Of a DNA stretch of 64,000 bases, positions 32,239 to 45,934 are shown one piece after another; positions within the stretch are counted from its first letter, which is position 1; each line of letters opens with the position of its first letter. The position numbers and the translations under genes were made by a program. Origin of the DNA: the human T2T-CHM13v2.0 reference genome, Homo sapiens; assembly GCF_009914755.1 (NCBI RefSeq), contig NC_060937.1. One strand, written 5' to 3'. Under the pieces are notes generated by a model, which saw nothing but the letters and a program-made list of their open reading frames with translations, was not told where the DNA came from and searched no databases.

Positions 32239-34610
32239 TTGTTAGCCCATTTTCATACCACTATAAAGAACTGCCTGAGACTGGGTAATTTATAAAGGAA
32301 AGAAGTTTAATTGCCTCAAAATTCAGCATGGCTGGGGAGGCCTAAGGAAATGTACAATCATGGTGGAAGGCAAAGGAAAGGCAAGGCACTTTCTTCACAA
32401 TGTAGCAGGAAGGAGAAGTGTCAAGCAAAGTGGGGAGAGCCCTTTATAAACCCATCAGATCTCATGAGAACTCACTCACTATCATGAGAACAGCATGGGG
32501 GAAATTCATAATTCAATTACCTGGTCTCTCCGTTGATGTGTGGAGATTATAGAGATTTTAATTCAATATGAGATTTGGGTGGGGACAAAAAGCCTACCCA
32601 TATAATTCTGCCCCTGTCCCGTCCAATATCTCATGTCACCATCACACTTCAAAATCAATCATGCCTTCCCAATAGTTCTCCAAGGTCTTAATTCATTCCA
32701 GCATTAACCCAAAAGTCCAAGTCCAAAGTCTCATCTGAGGCAAGGCAAGTTCCTTCCACCTATGAGCCTCTAAAATCAAAAGCAAGTTAGTTCCTAGATA
32801 CAGTTAGAGTACAGGATTCCTAGATACAGTTAGAGTACAGGCATTGGGTAAATACATCTGTTCCAAATGGGAGAAATGTGCCAAAATAAAAGAGCTACAG
32901 GCCTCATGCAAGTCCAAAATCAAGCAGGCACTCAAGTCTTAAAGCTCCGAAAGCATCTCCTTTGATTCTATGTCTCATATCTGGGTCAAATTGATGTAAG
33001 AGGTGGGTTCCTATGATCTTGGGCAGCTCCACCCCTGTGGCTTTGCAAAGTAGAGCCTCCGTCCCAGCTGTTTTCCTGGGCTGGAGTTAAGTGTCTGCAG
33101 CTTTTCCAGGCACACAGTGCAAGCTGTGTGTGGATCTACCATTCCGGGGTCTGGAAGACAGTGGCCCTCTTCTCACAGCTTCACTAGGCAGTGCCTCAGT
33201 GGGGACTCCGTGTGGGGGCCCCAACCCCACATTTTCCTTCTGCACTATCCTAGCAGAGGTTCTCCATGAGGGGTCCACCCTTCAAACAAACTTCTGTATG
33301 GAAATCCAGTCACTTCCATACATCCTCTGAAATCTAGGTGGAGGTTCCCAAACATCAATTATTGGCTTCTGTGCACCCACAGGCCCAACATCATGTGTAA
33401 TCCACCAAGGCTTGAGGTTTGCACCCTCTGAAGCAATGGCCTGAGCTGTACTTTGGCCCCTTTTAGCCATGGCTGAGACACAGGGCAACAAATCCAGAGA
33501 CTGAACAAAGCAGCAAGGCCCTGGGCCCAGCCTAGGAAACCATTTATCCCTTCTTGGCCTCTATGCCTATGATGGAAGGGGCTGCCATCAAGACCTCTGA
33601 CATGTCCTTGAGACATTTTCCCCATTGTCTTGGTGATTAACATTTGGCTCCTGGATACTTATGCAAATTTCTGCAGCTGGCTTGAATTTCTTCTTAGAAA
33701 ATGTTTTTTTCTTTTCTATCACATAGTGAGACAGCAAATTTTCCAAAATTTTATGCTCTGCTTCCCTTTTAAACATAGGTTTTAATTCCAAACCATCTCT
33801 TTGTGAATGCATAAAACTGAATGCTGTTGACAGCACCCAACTCACTTCTTAAATGCTTTGCTGCTTAGAAATTTCATTTGCCAGATACCCTAAAACATCT
33901 CTCTCTAGTTCAAAGTTTCACAGATCTCTAGGGAAGGGGCAAAATGCTGCCAGTCTTTTTGCTAAAGCATAACAAGTGTAGCCTTTATTCCAGTTCCCAA
34001 CAAGTTTCTCATCCCCATCTAAGACCACCCTCACCTGGACTTTATTGTGCGTATCACTATCGGCATTTCAGTCAAAGCCATTCAACCAGTCTCTAGGAAG
34101 TTCCAAATTTTCCCACATCTTTGTGTCTCTTCTGAGCCTTCCAAACTGTTTCAACCTCTGCCTGTAACCCAGTTACAAAGTTACTTCTGCATTTTCAGGA
34201 ATCGTTACAGCAGTGCCTCACTATCTTGGTTCCAATTTACTGTATTAGTCTGTTTTCATACTGCTATAAAGAACTGTCTGAACCTGTGTAGTTTCTAAAG
34301 GAAAGGTTTAATTGACTCAGTTCAGCATGGCTGGGCACGCTTCAGAAAACCTACAATCATGGGAGAAGGTGAAGAGGAAGCAAGGCACCTTCTTCAAAGG
34401 CAGCAAGAAGGAGAAGTGCCAAGTGAAGGGAGAAAGTCCTTTACAAAACAATCAGATCTCATGAGAGCTTACTATCACAAGAACAGCATGGGGGAAACTG
34501 CCCCCTGAGATTTAATTAACTCCACCTGGTCTCTCCCTGGACACAAGGTGATTATGGGGATTATAATTCAAGATGAGATTTGAGTTTGGACACAAAGCCT
34601 AATCGCAACA
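32239..34610 (-). mobile_element. Full-length THE1D-like MaLR element (LTR-int-LTR)
   Basis: LTRs at ~32239-32605 and ~34240-34610 (cttcttcacaa...aggagaagtg, ctggtctctcc, aaagcctaa) around ~1.6 kb of THE1-type internal sequence. Confidence 0.9.
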
Positions 34611-35110
34611 AGTGCCATCACTTCTAGACCATTTTAACTCACAGAAAATAAATATATGTGTGTATACTAAACTGCATATGAACACACACCTAAAATATAT
34701 CTATATGTAATTATCCATATCGACATTAAGCAGAACATGAGTTCATACTGATGTTCCCCTACTCTAATCCATAACAACATGGATTATCCATCCTCTCATT
34801 GATGATCTTAATATCCCACTGTAAATGTAAGAAATTGTTTCTCAACATTCACAATTCACTTAGTTAGTTTCATACATGTAGAACAGTATTATAGTTGTCA
34901 ACTGTACTCCTGTGGGAAACAACACTATCAATTAGAGTATAATTTGTACAGTTTGTTTGACATTTAGTGTTATAGTATCCATTTAGAACATAACCTAGGT
35001 CAGCACTGCTCCTTTCCATATTTCCTCAGTGAGATTGTTTCATACATTTAGAATGCAGTTACGTTATCTTGTCATACCCTGCATTCTACCCTAGTATCCC
35101 ATGATCTCTT
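34611..35110 (-). mobile_element. L1MC/MD-like 3'UTR continuation
   Basis: resumes with 'cacttctagacc'; 'aacatgagttcatactgatg', 'gtgggaaacaacactatcaattagagta'. Confidence 0.7.
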
Positions 35111-35954
35111 AAACCCCATTAAAAAGTGAGCAAAGGACATGACACTCCTCCAAAGATGATATACATGTGGCCAATGATCATATGAGAAAAAGCTCAACAT
35201 CACTGATCATTAAAGAAATGCAAATCAAAACCGCAATGAGATACCATCTCACATCGGTCAAAATGGTTATAATTAAAAAGTCAAAAAATAACAGATGTTG
35301 GTGAGGTTGTGGGGAAAAAGGTGTGTTTATTCACTATTGGTGGGAGTGTAAATTAGTTCAACTATTGTGGAAGAGAATGTGGTGATTCTTCAAAGACCTA
35401 AAGACAGAAATGTCATTTGACCCAGCAATCCCATTACTGGGTATATACCCAGATGAATATAAAATGTTCTATTAAAAAGACACCAGACATGCACGCATAT
35501 ATTCACTGCAGCACTATTCACAACAGCAAAGATGTGGTATCAACTGCTCATCAATGATAGACTGGATAAAAAAAATGTGGTACATATACAAGGTGAAATA
35601 TTATGGAGCTGTAAAAAAGAGCAAGATTATGTACTTTGCAGAGACATGGATGGAGCTGGAGGCCATTATTCTTAGCAAACTAACAAAGGAAGAGAAAACC
35701 AAATACCATATATTTTTCACTTATAAGTGGGAGCTGAATGATGAAAACACATGGAAACACAGAGAGGAACAACACACACTGGGACTTTTTGGAGGGTGGA
35801 TGGTGGGAGGAGGAAGAGGATCAGGAAAAAGAACTAATGGGTACTAGGCCTAATACCTAGGTGATAAATAATCTGCACAACAAACACCCCTGACATGTTT
35901 ACCAATGTAACAAAACTGCACATGTACCCCTGTGCTTAAAGTACAAGTTTAAAA
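35111..35954 (+). mobile_element. 5'-truncated older L1PA (ORF2 C-terminus plus 3'UTR)
   Basis: 'aaccccattaaaaagtg', 'gagataccatctcac'; ORF 35554 DWIKKMWYIY...WMELEAIILSKL; ends 'tgcacatgtacccctgtgcttaaa'. Confidence 0.9.
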
Positions 35955-36187
35955 TATATGAATATATATGTATATGTGTATATACACATACGCTTACATA
36001 TATACATACATATAAATACATGTGCATATACATACATACCCATATATGTTACCCATATATGTATATATACATATATGGGTATGTATGTATATGTATTATA
36101 TGTTATATATGTATATTATATATAATATACTTATATGTGTGTATTATATATTATATACTTATATGTATACATATATATACACACACT
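35955..36187. repeat. (TA)/(TATG)-rich low-complexity tract at the L1 tail
   Basis: alternating purine-pyrimidine TA/CA/TG run. Confidence 0.9.
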
Positions 36188-36875
36188 TTAAACTTCACCC
36201 TTTTGCTATAAAATACAATGGTTTTGACAAATGCAGTGTAATGTATTACCATTACAGAAAGATGGAATAGTTTCATTTAACCTAAAATTCACACTTTTTT
36301 ACCTACTTAAACTCCCCCTGCCACATACACACAAACATGTCCCATGGCAACAGCAATGTGTTTGTTATATTTATAGTTTGGCCTTTTATAGAATGCTATA
36401 TGATTGGAATCACACAATATGTAGCTTTTTCACAAGATTCCTTTTATTTGGCAATATGCATGCATTTATGCAGGTATTTGCATAACTACATAGCTCATTT
36501 CATTTTAGTGCTGAATGTTAGTCTATTGTGTGAATGTACCATGGTTTTTAACACATTCACTTTTTAAAGGACATATTGGTTGCTTACAATTTTGAGTGAT
36601 TATGATTAAAGCTGCAATAAACATTTATTTTCAGGTTTTCATGTAGAAATATGTTTTCCAAGCAGTTAAATCACCTAAGAGTGTGATTGCTGGATTCTGT
36701 GGCAAGAATGCTTAGCTGTGTTAGAAACTATCAAAGTATCTTGTAAAGTGGATGCATCGTTTTGCATTCCCACCAGCTATGAACAAGCATTCCTGCTGGC
36801 TAGCATCATTGGCAGCAATAGGAATTGCCAATTTCCATATCTTAGTCATTTTAACAGATGTGTAGTAGTGCTCAT
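36188..36875 (-). mobile_element. L1MC/MD-like fragment
   Basis: 'ggttttgacaaatgca', 'gccttttatagaatgctatatgattggaatcacacaatatgtagc', 'ttttgcattcccaccagc'. Confidence 0.8.
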
Positions 36876-38184
36876 GAAAGGAAGTATTCAAGGAAATCAA
36901 ATAATAAATTTTCAATGTTGTTTTCCTAATACTCAAAGGATAAGTTTCTTAAGTGAACATAAATTTTTTAAAAATGTTCTATATGTTTGCTTAAGGTGTC
37001 GCCTAAAATTATATCTTATTTTCCACTTCTATTTTGTATACTTTGTCATTGATAATATGAGACCTGACAGTGTTCATACATTTTCTAAAAGAAGTAGAGC
37101 TTTATAAGAATAAATCTTTATAATATCCAATAAAATTAAATCAATATTATGATAATGTCCAGTTATACAGAGTCATGCTTTTAAATATATTTCTCTACAG
37201 AGGAGTGAGTTAATGTCTTCTGGTCAGAAGAGAATCATTATTTACATAATCACTGAATGCTCCATACTTTTCTGAAGAAAATAAACTCAAAATCTGAATT
37301 CATGTTACTTTAATTATACCAGGGAATAAAATAGATTCCACCGAACCTTGGTAACTTGAGTCACATTGTCTTGATGCTTAGTCCAATTTACTGTGGATTT
37401 GACGTTTGTATACAATTGCAAAGTACAATTCTTGTTTTGTTTTAATTTTCCTACATAAAATAAAGGGTAAGTATTAATTAGTTCATCCTGCTACAAAGTA
37501 ATCTATCATAGATATGTAACCTATATAATAAGCAAACAATAGTATAAAGAAGATAGTCTGGATCTGACCTTTTGTTGTGTTGAAAACTATGCTAAAGAGT
37601 AAAAAACATGACATTCTGTGTGATGGAAAACACAAAACTCGTCAGGAGAAAAGAAGAGAGTATAAGGCAGGTAAAAGGAATCAGGAAATTAATACAAAAG
37701 TATAACATGAATCACTTAAAATTATAACAAAAGTAATATATTTTATTAACATAAATAATTTAACAAAATTATCTTGATAAGATTTGAGACAGTAATAAAA
37801 GTTAGCCAAGACACCGTAGAAAGGGCATGATCTGCATGAAATATATCTAATTCAAAAATATATAAAGATTACAAATACAAGTTTAAAGGATAACTTTGTT
37901 TCTCAATTATATGGAATACTATTACAAACAGTCACATAGAATAGTAGTAAATAAAGTATGGCAACAAAGTCTTAGAGAAGTAGATAAAGAAGTACACCTG
38001 TGGTATCAAGTATGTGGGCCATTTATTAGTATTTATCTTCTTGAAAGAAAGCTAACACTAAGAATTTTACCGAAAAGCTAACTGTATTTCTCTGGAATGT
38101 TCATTATAAAAATGGAGTATAACGTCATCTGTGTTACTTCTTGATGTTTTATTAATTCCTGAAAAGATGGATTATGGTGATGTT

Positions 38185-38410
38185 TATAATGATGATGATG
38201 ATGATGATGATTTGTTGAGCAGGCACTACTTGGCAAGACCTCATTGAGTTCTTGACTTTTACTATGCTATTTAATATTCTTATCTCCATTTCATATATGG
38301 AGAAACTGAGACTTGGATTAAGTCGTTTGTTCAAGATCTCATAAGAGGGAGAATCAGCATATGAAACTTTTAAATCTTGGAATGTTGTCAAGTAGGTTTT
38401 CAACCACTGC
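38185..38410 (-). mobile_element. MIR with (GAT)n tail
   Basis: 'tatctccatttcatatatggagaaactgagacttggattaagtcgtttgttcaagatc'. Confidence 0.8.
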
Positions 38411-38552
38411 ACTAGTCTGACTGCCTGGAGAGGATGTGACTATCACGGTAATTATAGTTTCGTGGGCATTATACGATGACACAGCAAAGAAGAAAAGGAT
38501 CATATGTTTTTATTACACCATTAAAATTCAAGTTTCATTCATTAAAATTCAC

Positions 38553-38850
38553 AGTGGTTCATGCCTATAATCCCAGCATTTTTGCAAGCCAAATTGGGCC
38601 GTTCACTTAAACTCATGAATTTGAGACCAGCCTGGGCAACATGGCAAAACCACATCTCTACAACAAATAGAAAAATTAGTTGGGCATGGTGGTGCCCATC
38701 TGTAGACCCAGCTACTCTGCAGGCTGAGGTAGGAGCATGACTTGAGCCAGAAAGTCAGAGGTTTCAGTGAGCTGAGATTGTGCTATTACACTGCAACGTG
38801 GGTGATAGGGCCAGACCTTGTTTCACAAAGTAAAAACAAAAATAGAAATA
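38553..38850 (+). mobile_element. AluJ (slightly 5'-truncated)
   Basis: J-type 'gagaccagcctgggcaacatggcaaaac', 'cttgagcc', 'agaccttgt'; TSD-like aaattcacagt/atttcacagt. Confidence 0.88.
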
Positions 38851-38979
38851 ACTTTAATTTCACAGTTTATTTTAAGTAACAGTAAACTATGAAATATTGA
38901 ATGCATATTCGTGACCATTAATTATTTTATAGACAACACCTAGATTACCTTACACATTTATCCTAAAAGAAAGTTGATT

Positions 38980-39093
38980 GTTAGATATAACATCAAAAGC
39001 ATGAGAAACAAAAGAAAAATGGAATAAATAGGACTTCATCAAAATTACAAAGGCTTGTGCTTCAGACGACACTATTAAGAATGGTAAAAGACA
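38980..39093 (+). mobile_element. L1MB ORF2 fragment (left part of host)
   Basis: 'ttagatataacatcaaaagca...ggacttcatcaaaatt'; continues at 43036. Confidence 0.8.
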
Positions 39094-42000
39094 TTTCAGA
39101 TGGCAGACTAGAGGCACCTGACACTTGCCTCCCCCGTAAAGAAGGACAAAACCAATGAGCAGACAACTAGCCATCGTATAGAGCTTCTAAGAGAGAAGAC
39201 TGGAATTCAGCATGGAAGTGACAAGGAACCCCTGATGAACAGGAGAGGGAAGCAAAGCATTCAGTTGGGCCAGGAATGGCTTGGAGAGAGGCAGCACTCC
39301 CCATTGCAGTAAAAAGGTAAGTGGGAGATTGTCAGCAGTCTACACTATCACTGTAGACTTCTGCACTCCTAGCCATGGAGTCCCTTGACCCTTGGGGCCC
39401 TGTGACTAATACAGAGTGCTGCCTAGAGTTCAAGTGACAGCATTGTTCCAGAGAGAGTGTTCACACTGAGGCCCACACACCCTCCTAAGACCCAAGCAGC
39501 TGAAGCATAACATCATTATGAGAACCTGGCCCCCACAAGAATACACCCTGCTCTGAGTCCCAACAGCCCCTGTACCTCTACATCTCTGGATGCCCAATTA
39601 CTTTTTCTCATGCCCACCCAGAGGGCTGCAGCATTATGACACCAGCTGGATCAACCAAGAAGAAAAGTGAAGACCCAGATAAATTATATAGGAAAGAAAA
39701 AAGGAGACATTACAAATTATATGACAAAGTACAAAGAATCATTAAAGACTATTGTTTGCTAACAAATTAGAAAACCAAGAGAAAATGGACGAAATTTTGT
39801 AAATCAACAACCTAGCACAATTAAACCAGAAAGAAATATAAAACCTGAATAGACCAATAAAAGTAATGTGGTTGATTCAGTAATAAAAAGTATAAAAAGC
39901 ATCCCAACACAAAAAGGCCAGGACTGGATGAATCTACTACTGAATCCTACCAAACTTATAAAGCAGAACTAATACAAATTCTTCTAAACTATTGTCAAAA
40001 ATTGAAGAGGAAGGAATTCATACTAATTCATATTATGAGGTCAAAATTAACCTAATAGTAAAATCAGACAAGGACACAACCACCAAAAAAGAGAATACTA
40101 CAGGCCAATATCTCAAATACGCACAGATGCAAAAATCCTCAGCATTTTACTCACAAACCAAATTCAACAACACATCAAAAAGATAATTCACCATAACCAA
40201 GTATTGAAGCCCATTGTTCTCACAATCAAATCTCATTGCTGGGATTTTTTCCAAGGATGCAATGATGTTTATGTAAATCAATAAATATAATAATCACATC
40301 AACAGAATGAAAGACAAACAACATGTGACTTTTTTTCAAGACCTATTGAAAAAGCATTTGATACCATTTAACATCCCTTAATAAAACAAACTAGTTATAG
40401 AAGGAGCATATCAAAATAAAAGAGGCCATGTATGGCAGGCCTACAACTTACATTGTGCTGAATAGGGAAAAACTGAGATACTTTTTTTAAAGAACTGGAA
40501 AAAGACAAGGATGTGCACTTTAACTACCATTCAACGATGTACTGGAAGTCCTAGCTAGAGCAATGGGGCAGAGAAATAAATACAAGTCTTCCAAATGTGA
40601 AAACAGAATGATAAATAGTCTCACTTTGCATATAACATAATCTTTTATTGAGAAAAATCTAAAGACTCCACCAAAAAGCTCTTAGAACTAATATATGAAT
40701 TCAGTTAAGTTTTAGGACACAAATCCAACATACAAAGAGCAGTAGCATTTCTGTACACCAATAACAAACTAGCTGAAAAAATTTCAAGAAAGCAAACCCA
40801 CGTACAACAGCTCTAAAAAATAAAATACCCAGGAATAAATCTAACCAAGGTAGTGAAAGACCTTTGTGATGAAACTATGAAACACTTCTGAAAGAAATAG
40901 AAGAGGATACAAACAAATGTAAGGACATCCCATGCTCATAGATTGAAAAAATTAATATTGACTATACTACTCAAGGTAATTTACAATTATTCAATTAATA
41001 ATAATTAATAATTTACAATTACCTAAGGTAATTTGATTTAATGCAATCCCTATTAAAATGCTAATGCCATTTTCAACAAAAATAGAAAAAATCTAAAATT
41101 ATATGGATCCACAAAAATATCCAAGTCACTAAAGAAATCCTGAGCAAAAAGAACAAAGCATCATGCTACCTGACTTCAAAATATGCTACAAAGCTATAGT
41201 AACCAAAATAGTATAGTATTGAAATTAAAAACAAACACCAATGGCCAATGGAACAGAACAGGTAATTCAAAAATATATCTATATCAACTAATTCTAGACA
41301 AAGGTATCAAGAACAGACATTGGGGAAAAGACACCCTTTTCAATAAACAGTGCTGAGAAAACTAGATATCCATACGTAAAAAATTGAAACTAGACTCTTA
41401 CCTCTCACCATATATAAACATCAACTCAAAATAAATTAAAGGCTCACACTTAAGACCTGGAACTATGAAACTCCTAGAAGAAAACACAGAATGAATTAGC
41501 CAGGACTTTGGTCTAGGCAAAGATTTTGCAGCTAAGACTTCACAGGCACAAACACACACGCACAAAAAAAAACACAACACGGGCAACAAAAACAAAAATA
41601 GACAAATGGGGGCCAGGCATGGTGGTTCACACCTGTAATCTCAATGTCTTGGGAGGCCAAGGAGGGGGGATTGATTGAGGCCAGGAGTTTGAGACCATCC
41701 TGGGCAACGCAGCAAAATCATCTCTATAAAAAAATTGGAAAATTTGTCTGGCATGGTGGCACATGTCTGTAGCCCTCGCTAATTGAAAGACTAAGACAAG
41801 AAAACCACTTGAGCCCGTGAGTTCGAGCCTGTGCCACTGAACTCCAGCCTGAGCAACAAGGAGAGATCATGTCTCTAAATTTAAATTAAAAAAAAATAGA
41901 CAAGTGGGACTATATGAAGCCAAAAACCTTCTGCACAGGAAAGGAAACAGTTCACAGAATGAAAAGACAACCAATAGGATGGGAGAAAATTTTTTTATCT

Positions 42001-43035
42001 ATTCATCCAATAAGAAACTAATATCCAGAATACATGGGGAACTCAAACAAAGCAACAGCAAAAAGTAAATGAATTATTGCATTAAAGTGTGGTCAAAGAA
42101 CACAAACAGACATTTCTCAAAAGAATACATACAAATGGCCCACAGGTATACAAAAAAATGCTCAACATCCCTAATCATCAAGAAAATGCAGATCAAAACC
42201 ACAATAAGATACCATCTCACCCAAATTAGAATGGCTGTTATCAAAAAGACAAAAACTAACAAATGCTGGTGAGGATTCAGAGGGAAGGGATCTCTACTAC
42301 ACTGTTGGTGAGAAAGTAAATTAGCACAGCCACAATGGAAAACAGTATGGAGGTTTCTCAGAAATCTAAAAATAGAACTACCATATGATCCAGCAATCTA
42401 ACTACTGGGAATTTATCCAAATGAAAGGAAAACAGGATATCAAAGGGATACTTCCACTTCCATATTTATTGCAGCACTGTTCACGATGAACAAGATATGG
42501 AACCTAAGTGTCCATCAAATGAATGAATGGATAAAGGAAATGAATTAGATATACTCAATGGAATACTATTATGCTGTATATAAAAATGAAATCTCTTCAT
42601 TTGCAGCAATATGAATGGAACTGGAGGTGTTTAGGTTAAGTGAAATAAGCCAGACCCAGAAAGACAAATATTGCATGTTATAACTCATATGTTGGAGCTA
42701 AATAAGTAGATTCCATGAAGATGGAGTAGAATGACAGATGCTAGAGACTAGGAAAGATGAGAGGATGAAGAAAGATTGGTTAAGGGTACAAAAATAAATT
42801 TAGATTGCAATAACATGTTCTAGCATACAATAGCAATAAGGATGACTATAGTTAAGAATAATTTCTGTCTATTTCAAAATAACTAGAAGAGAAGATTTAA
42901 AATGTTTGTAACAAAAATGATAAACAAACAAATATCCAAAATACTCTGATTTGATCACTACATATTTTATGCATGTTTCAAAATATTATATATACCCCTA
43001 TTGAATATGTACAATTATTATGCATCAATAAAAAT
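39094..43035 (+). mobile_element. L1MA-type element with 5'UTR and 3'UTR but ORF1 and EN deleted
   Basis: GC-richer 5'UTR to ~39650, jump into mid-ORF2, L1MA-type 3'UTR with AATAAA; TSD gaatggtaaaagaca (39079-39093) / gaaaggtaaaagata (43036-43050). Confidence 0.85.
41611..41891 (+). mobile_element. AluJ inside L1MA
   Basis: TSD aaaaatagacaaatggg (41594-41610) / aaaaatagacaagtggg (41892-41908); 'ttgaggccaggagtttgagacc'. Confidence 0.92.
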
Positions 43036-44015
43036 GAAAGGTAAAAGATAGTACACAGGATGGAAAAAATGTTTGCAAATTATGTATCTGATGAGTGACT
43101 TGTATGTAGAATATGCAGATCTAAGATCTTTAGATCTTTCAATTCAGAATAAAAAGAGAAATATCTCAAGTGAAAATTAGAGTTCTGAATAAAAATTCCT
43201 CCAAGGAGGATAAACAAATTGCCAATATGAACATGAAAAGATGTTCAACATCATAGTTATTAGAGAAATGAAAATTAAAATCCCAATGAGATACTACTTT
43301 ACACCTTCTATCATAATTAGAATTAAAACGAATGATAATAACTAGTTTTGGTATCATTTCCATTAGTGTAACTGTAGAAAAATTGGAACCCTTATATGGT
43401 GTTGGTGAGAATGAAATAGTTGTAGCCATGTAGAGGAAAGCTCTAGCAGTTCATCAAACAATTAAAGAGTTATTTATGACCCAGAAATTTCACTTCTAGA
43501 TATATACCCAAGAGAAATAAAATCATATATACTTACAAAAACTTGTAAATCAATACTGATAGCAGCATTGTCCATATACAATGTGGAAATGGTCCAAATG
43601 CCCATGAATGTGTGAATGAGATACCTCCGTCATATAGAATATTATTTAGCCACAAAAAATAATAAAGTCCTAAAATATGCTTTAAGTGTGGAGAAACTTT
43701 AAGAATATTATTGTACGTTTTTAAAAAAGCCTCAAAAGCTCACATATTCTATGATTGCATTCACATAAAAGTCCAGAATAGGGATAACCATAAAGGCAGA
43801 AAATAGATTAGTAGCTGCTTAGGGCTGAATTTAGGGTTATTGGGGGATTAGGAGCATTATAGCTAAGAGGTACTACGTTTATTTTGATGTGAAGTAAATG
43901 TTCTAAGTTGTGGTGATGGTTCCACATATCTGTAATAGAGACCATTTAATTGTATAGTATAAAAGACCTAATTGTATAGTATGTAAATTATATATCAATA
44001 AAGCAGCTAAAAAAC
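43036..44015 (+). mobile_element. L1MB (MB4-like) 3' end
   Basis: 'tagattagtagctgcttagggctg', 'gtggtgatggttccacatatctgt', 'tatatcaataaagcagctaaaaa'. Confidence 0.85.
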
Positions 44016-44019
44016 CACA

Positions 44020-44560
44020 GTGTAACGCGATCACAAATCCAGACTGTAGAAAGTTTCAGTGACTGCTAACAACAACTCTGGTAGGAATGCGAAAACAATG
44101 AGATCTTTTATTCATTGTGGTCTGTAATGTAGACATGTCCATCCACTTTGGAAAACCCTTAATTATACACAAACTTTATAACCCAGCAACTCCACTCCTA
44201 GGTATATAACCTAGAGAAACATATGCAAATATCTCTAGGATTCTACAATATATTTAACAAAGAAATTGATATCAGCACAGCTCATGATAAGCAAAAAAAA
44301 GAGAAGCAATTCAATTGTTCATCAAGGTTAAGTAGACGAATAAATGTGGACTTATTCCTGGTGATTCAATATTAGATAACAAAATAAATGAACAGCAGTT
44401 ACATGTAAAAACACAGATGACTCCCACAAATGCATAATTGAGTGAGAATGGCATTTTGTAAAATGATACATACAATATGATTTTTATTTATACACTATTC
44501 AACAATAAGTAACATCAGACCAGACTGTATAGGGATGTTACATATATATCAAGACTATTT
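44020..44560 (+). mobile_element. Ancient L1ME 3' fragment
   Basis: 'ccactttggaaaac', 'ataacccagcaactccactcctaggtatataacctagagaaac'. Confidence 0.7.
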
Positions 44561-45559
44561 AAAACATTTAAATAGTTTTTACCTGAGTGAGAGAGTTGAA
44601 AGTTTGTGGCAAGGGAACCAAACACGGAGAACTTCGGAGATTTGTTTGTTTATTTATTTATGTTTTTACATTTTACTTCTTAAACTGAGATGGGAATATA
44701 TAATGGTTTTAGCTACAACTTATATTTAAAGTGACCCTTCCATATGAATGAATGTGACCTTAGTTATAATTACTAAGAAAAAATGGAGAAAAAATAAATC
44801 ATAGTAAGTATAAGAAAAACTACACATCCCGATATTAAAACGTGACAGAGAGACTTTGTTACAGATTATAGAACAAGATTTGATGTGGCTGTAGCACGAA
44901 GTAAATGGAAGAGAGAGAGATTGAAACATGTTGTTACAGGAAATAAAGTACAGCCACAGGTGCTGTGCGGAGCAACTTAAAACTTGATCTGGGTGATTTA
45001 GAACCACTGGATGCTTTTTAACTGAATAGACACAGACAGATAAAAGTTGCCTTTTTTATTCAATCTGACTACAAGATATAGACAGAGAAACAAAACAAGC
45101 ATTGAGCCTGGAGGCAGGAAGACATTTTAGAATGCTCTTACACAACTTCGGATACTTGAATAAGATAAAAGGAAACAGGTATTTATACACATAATATAGA
45201 GGGTATAGTAAATACTTGGCTGCAGAGAGACAATAAAGAATCAATTCTGGCATCAACATATCAAGCTTAATATACTAGAATTTAGTTATTGGTGTCAATA
45301 TCCTTGAGCAAGGACCTGGGGGAAGAGAACATAAGGTGTGCCAGAAGAGGACATTTTTGAGGCTTATGTGAGTCACCACACCACACAGAAACAAAGAAAC
45401 GTCCAAAATTTCATGCTTCTCTCATGCCTAATTTATTTATCAACCCAGTTTTCCCAATATCCATAAACATTTTATTTTTCCCTTTTATATCAGAGCAATT
45501 ATCAGTTTATTCCATTCTACGTCTTACATGTTGTCTCATATTATCATCACTTATTGTGT

Positions 45560-45675
45560 TCTTTATAATATTATTGAGGACAAGGGTCTACACCTGTTTA
45601 TTGATGTATTCCAATGTCCTGAAATATTTCTTGACTCATAAAAGTCAATAGACAATTTGTTTTCAATGAATGAAG
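45560..45675 (+). mobile_element. L2 3' fragment
   Basis: 'ttgaggacaagggtc...gatgtattccaatgtcctgaaa...tcaatagacaatttgttttcaatgaatgaa'. Confidence 0.6.
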
Positions 45676-45934
45676 AATCTGATGTCATCAAATGTTTTTC
45701 ATTTTTTTCTCTCCTTCCATGAATTTCCTTAAGAAGGAAACAGTTATTGAAAGTAAGGAAATATCTCCACTATAAATATTCCTACATTACAGAAAATTCT
45801 AGTTACCAGATTTACAATGGTTAAAGATATGTTATTTTGAACATTATTGATTCTTTTATTAATGATTTGTGTGTATTATCTTTATATACACGCCATGCAT
45901 AGGCATTGGATATAGATAAGGAAGTTAATAGTGC

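Noticed and set aside
36020-36270. Tyr/Ile-rich ORFs
   Set aside because: Translations of the (TA)n low-complexity tract
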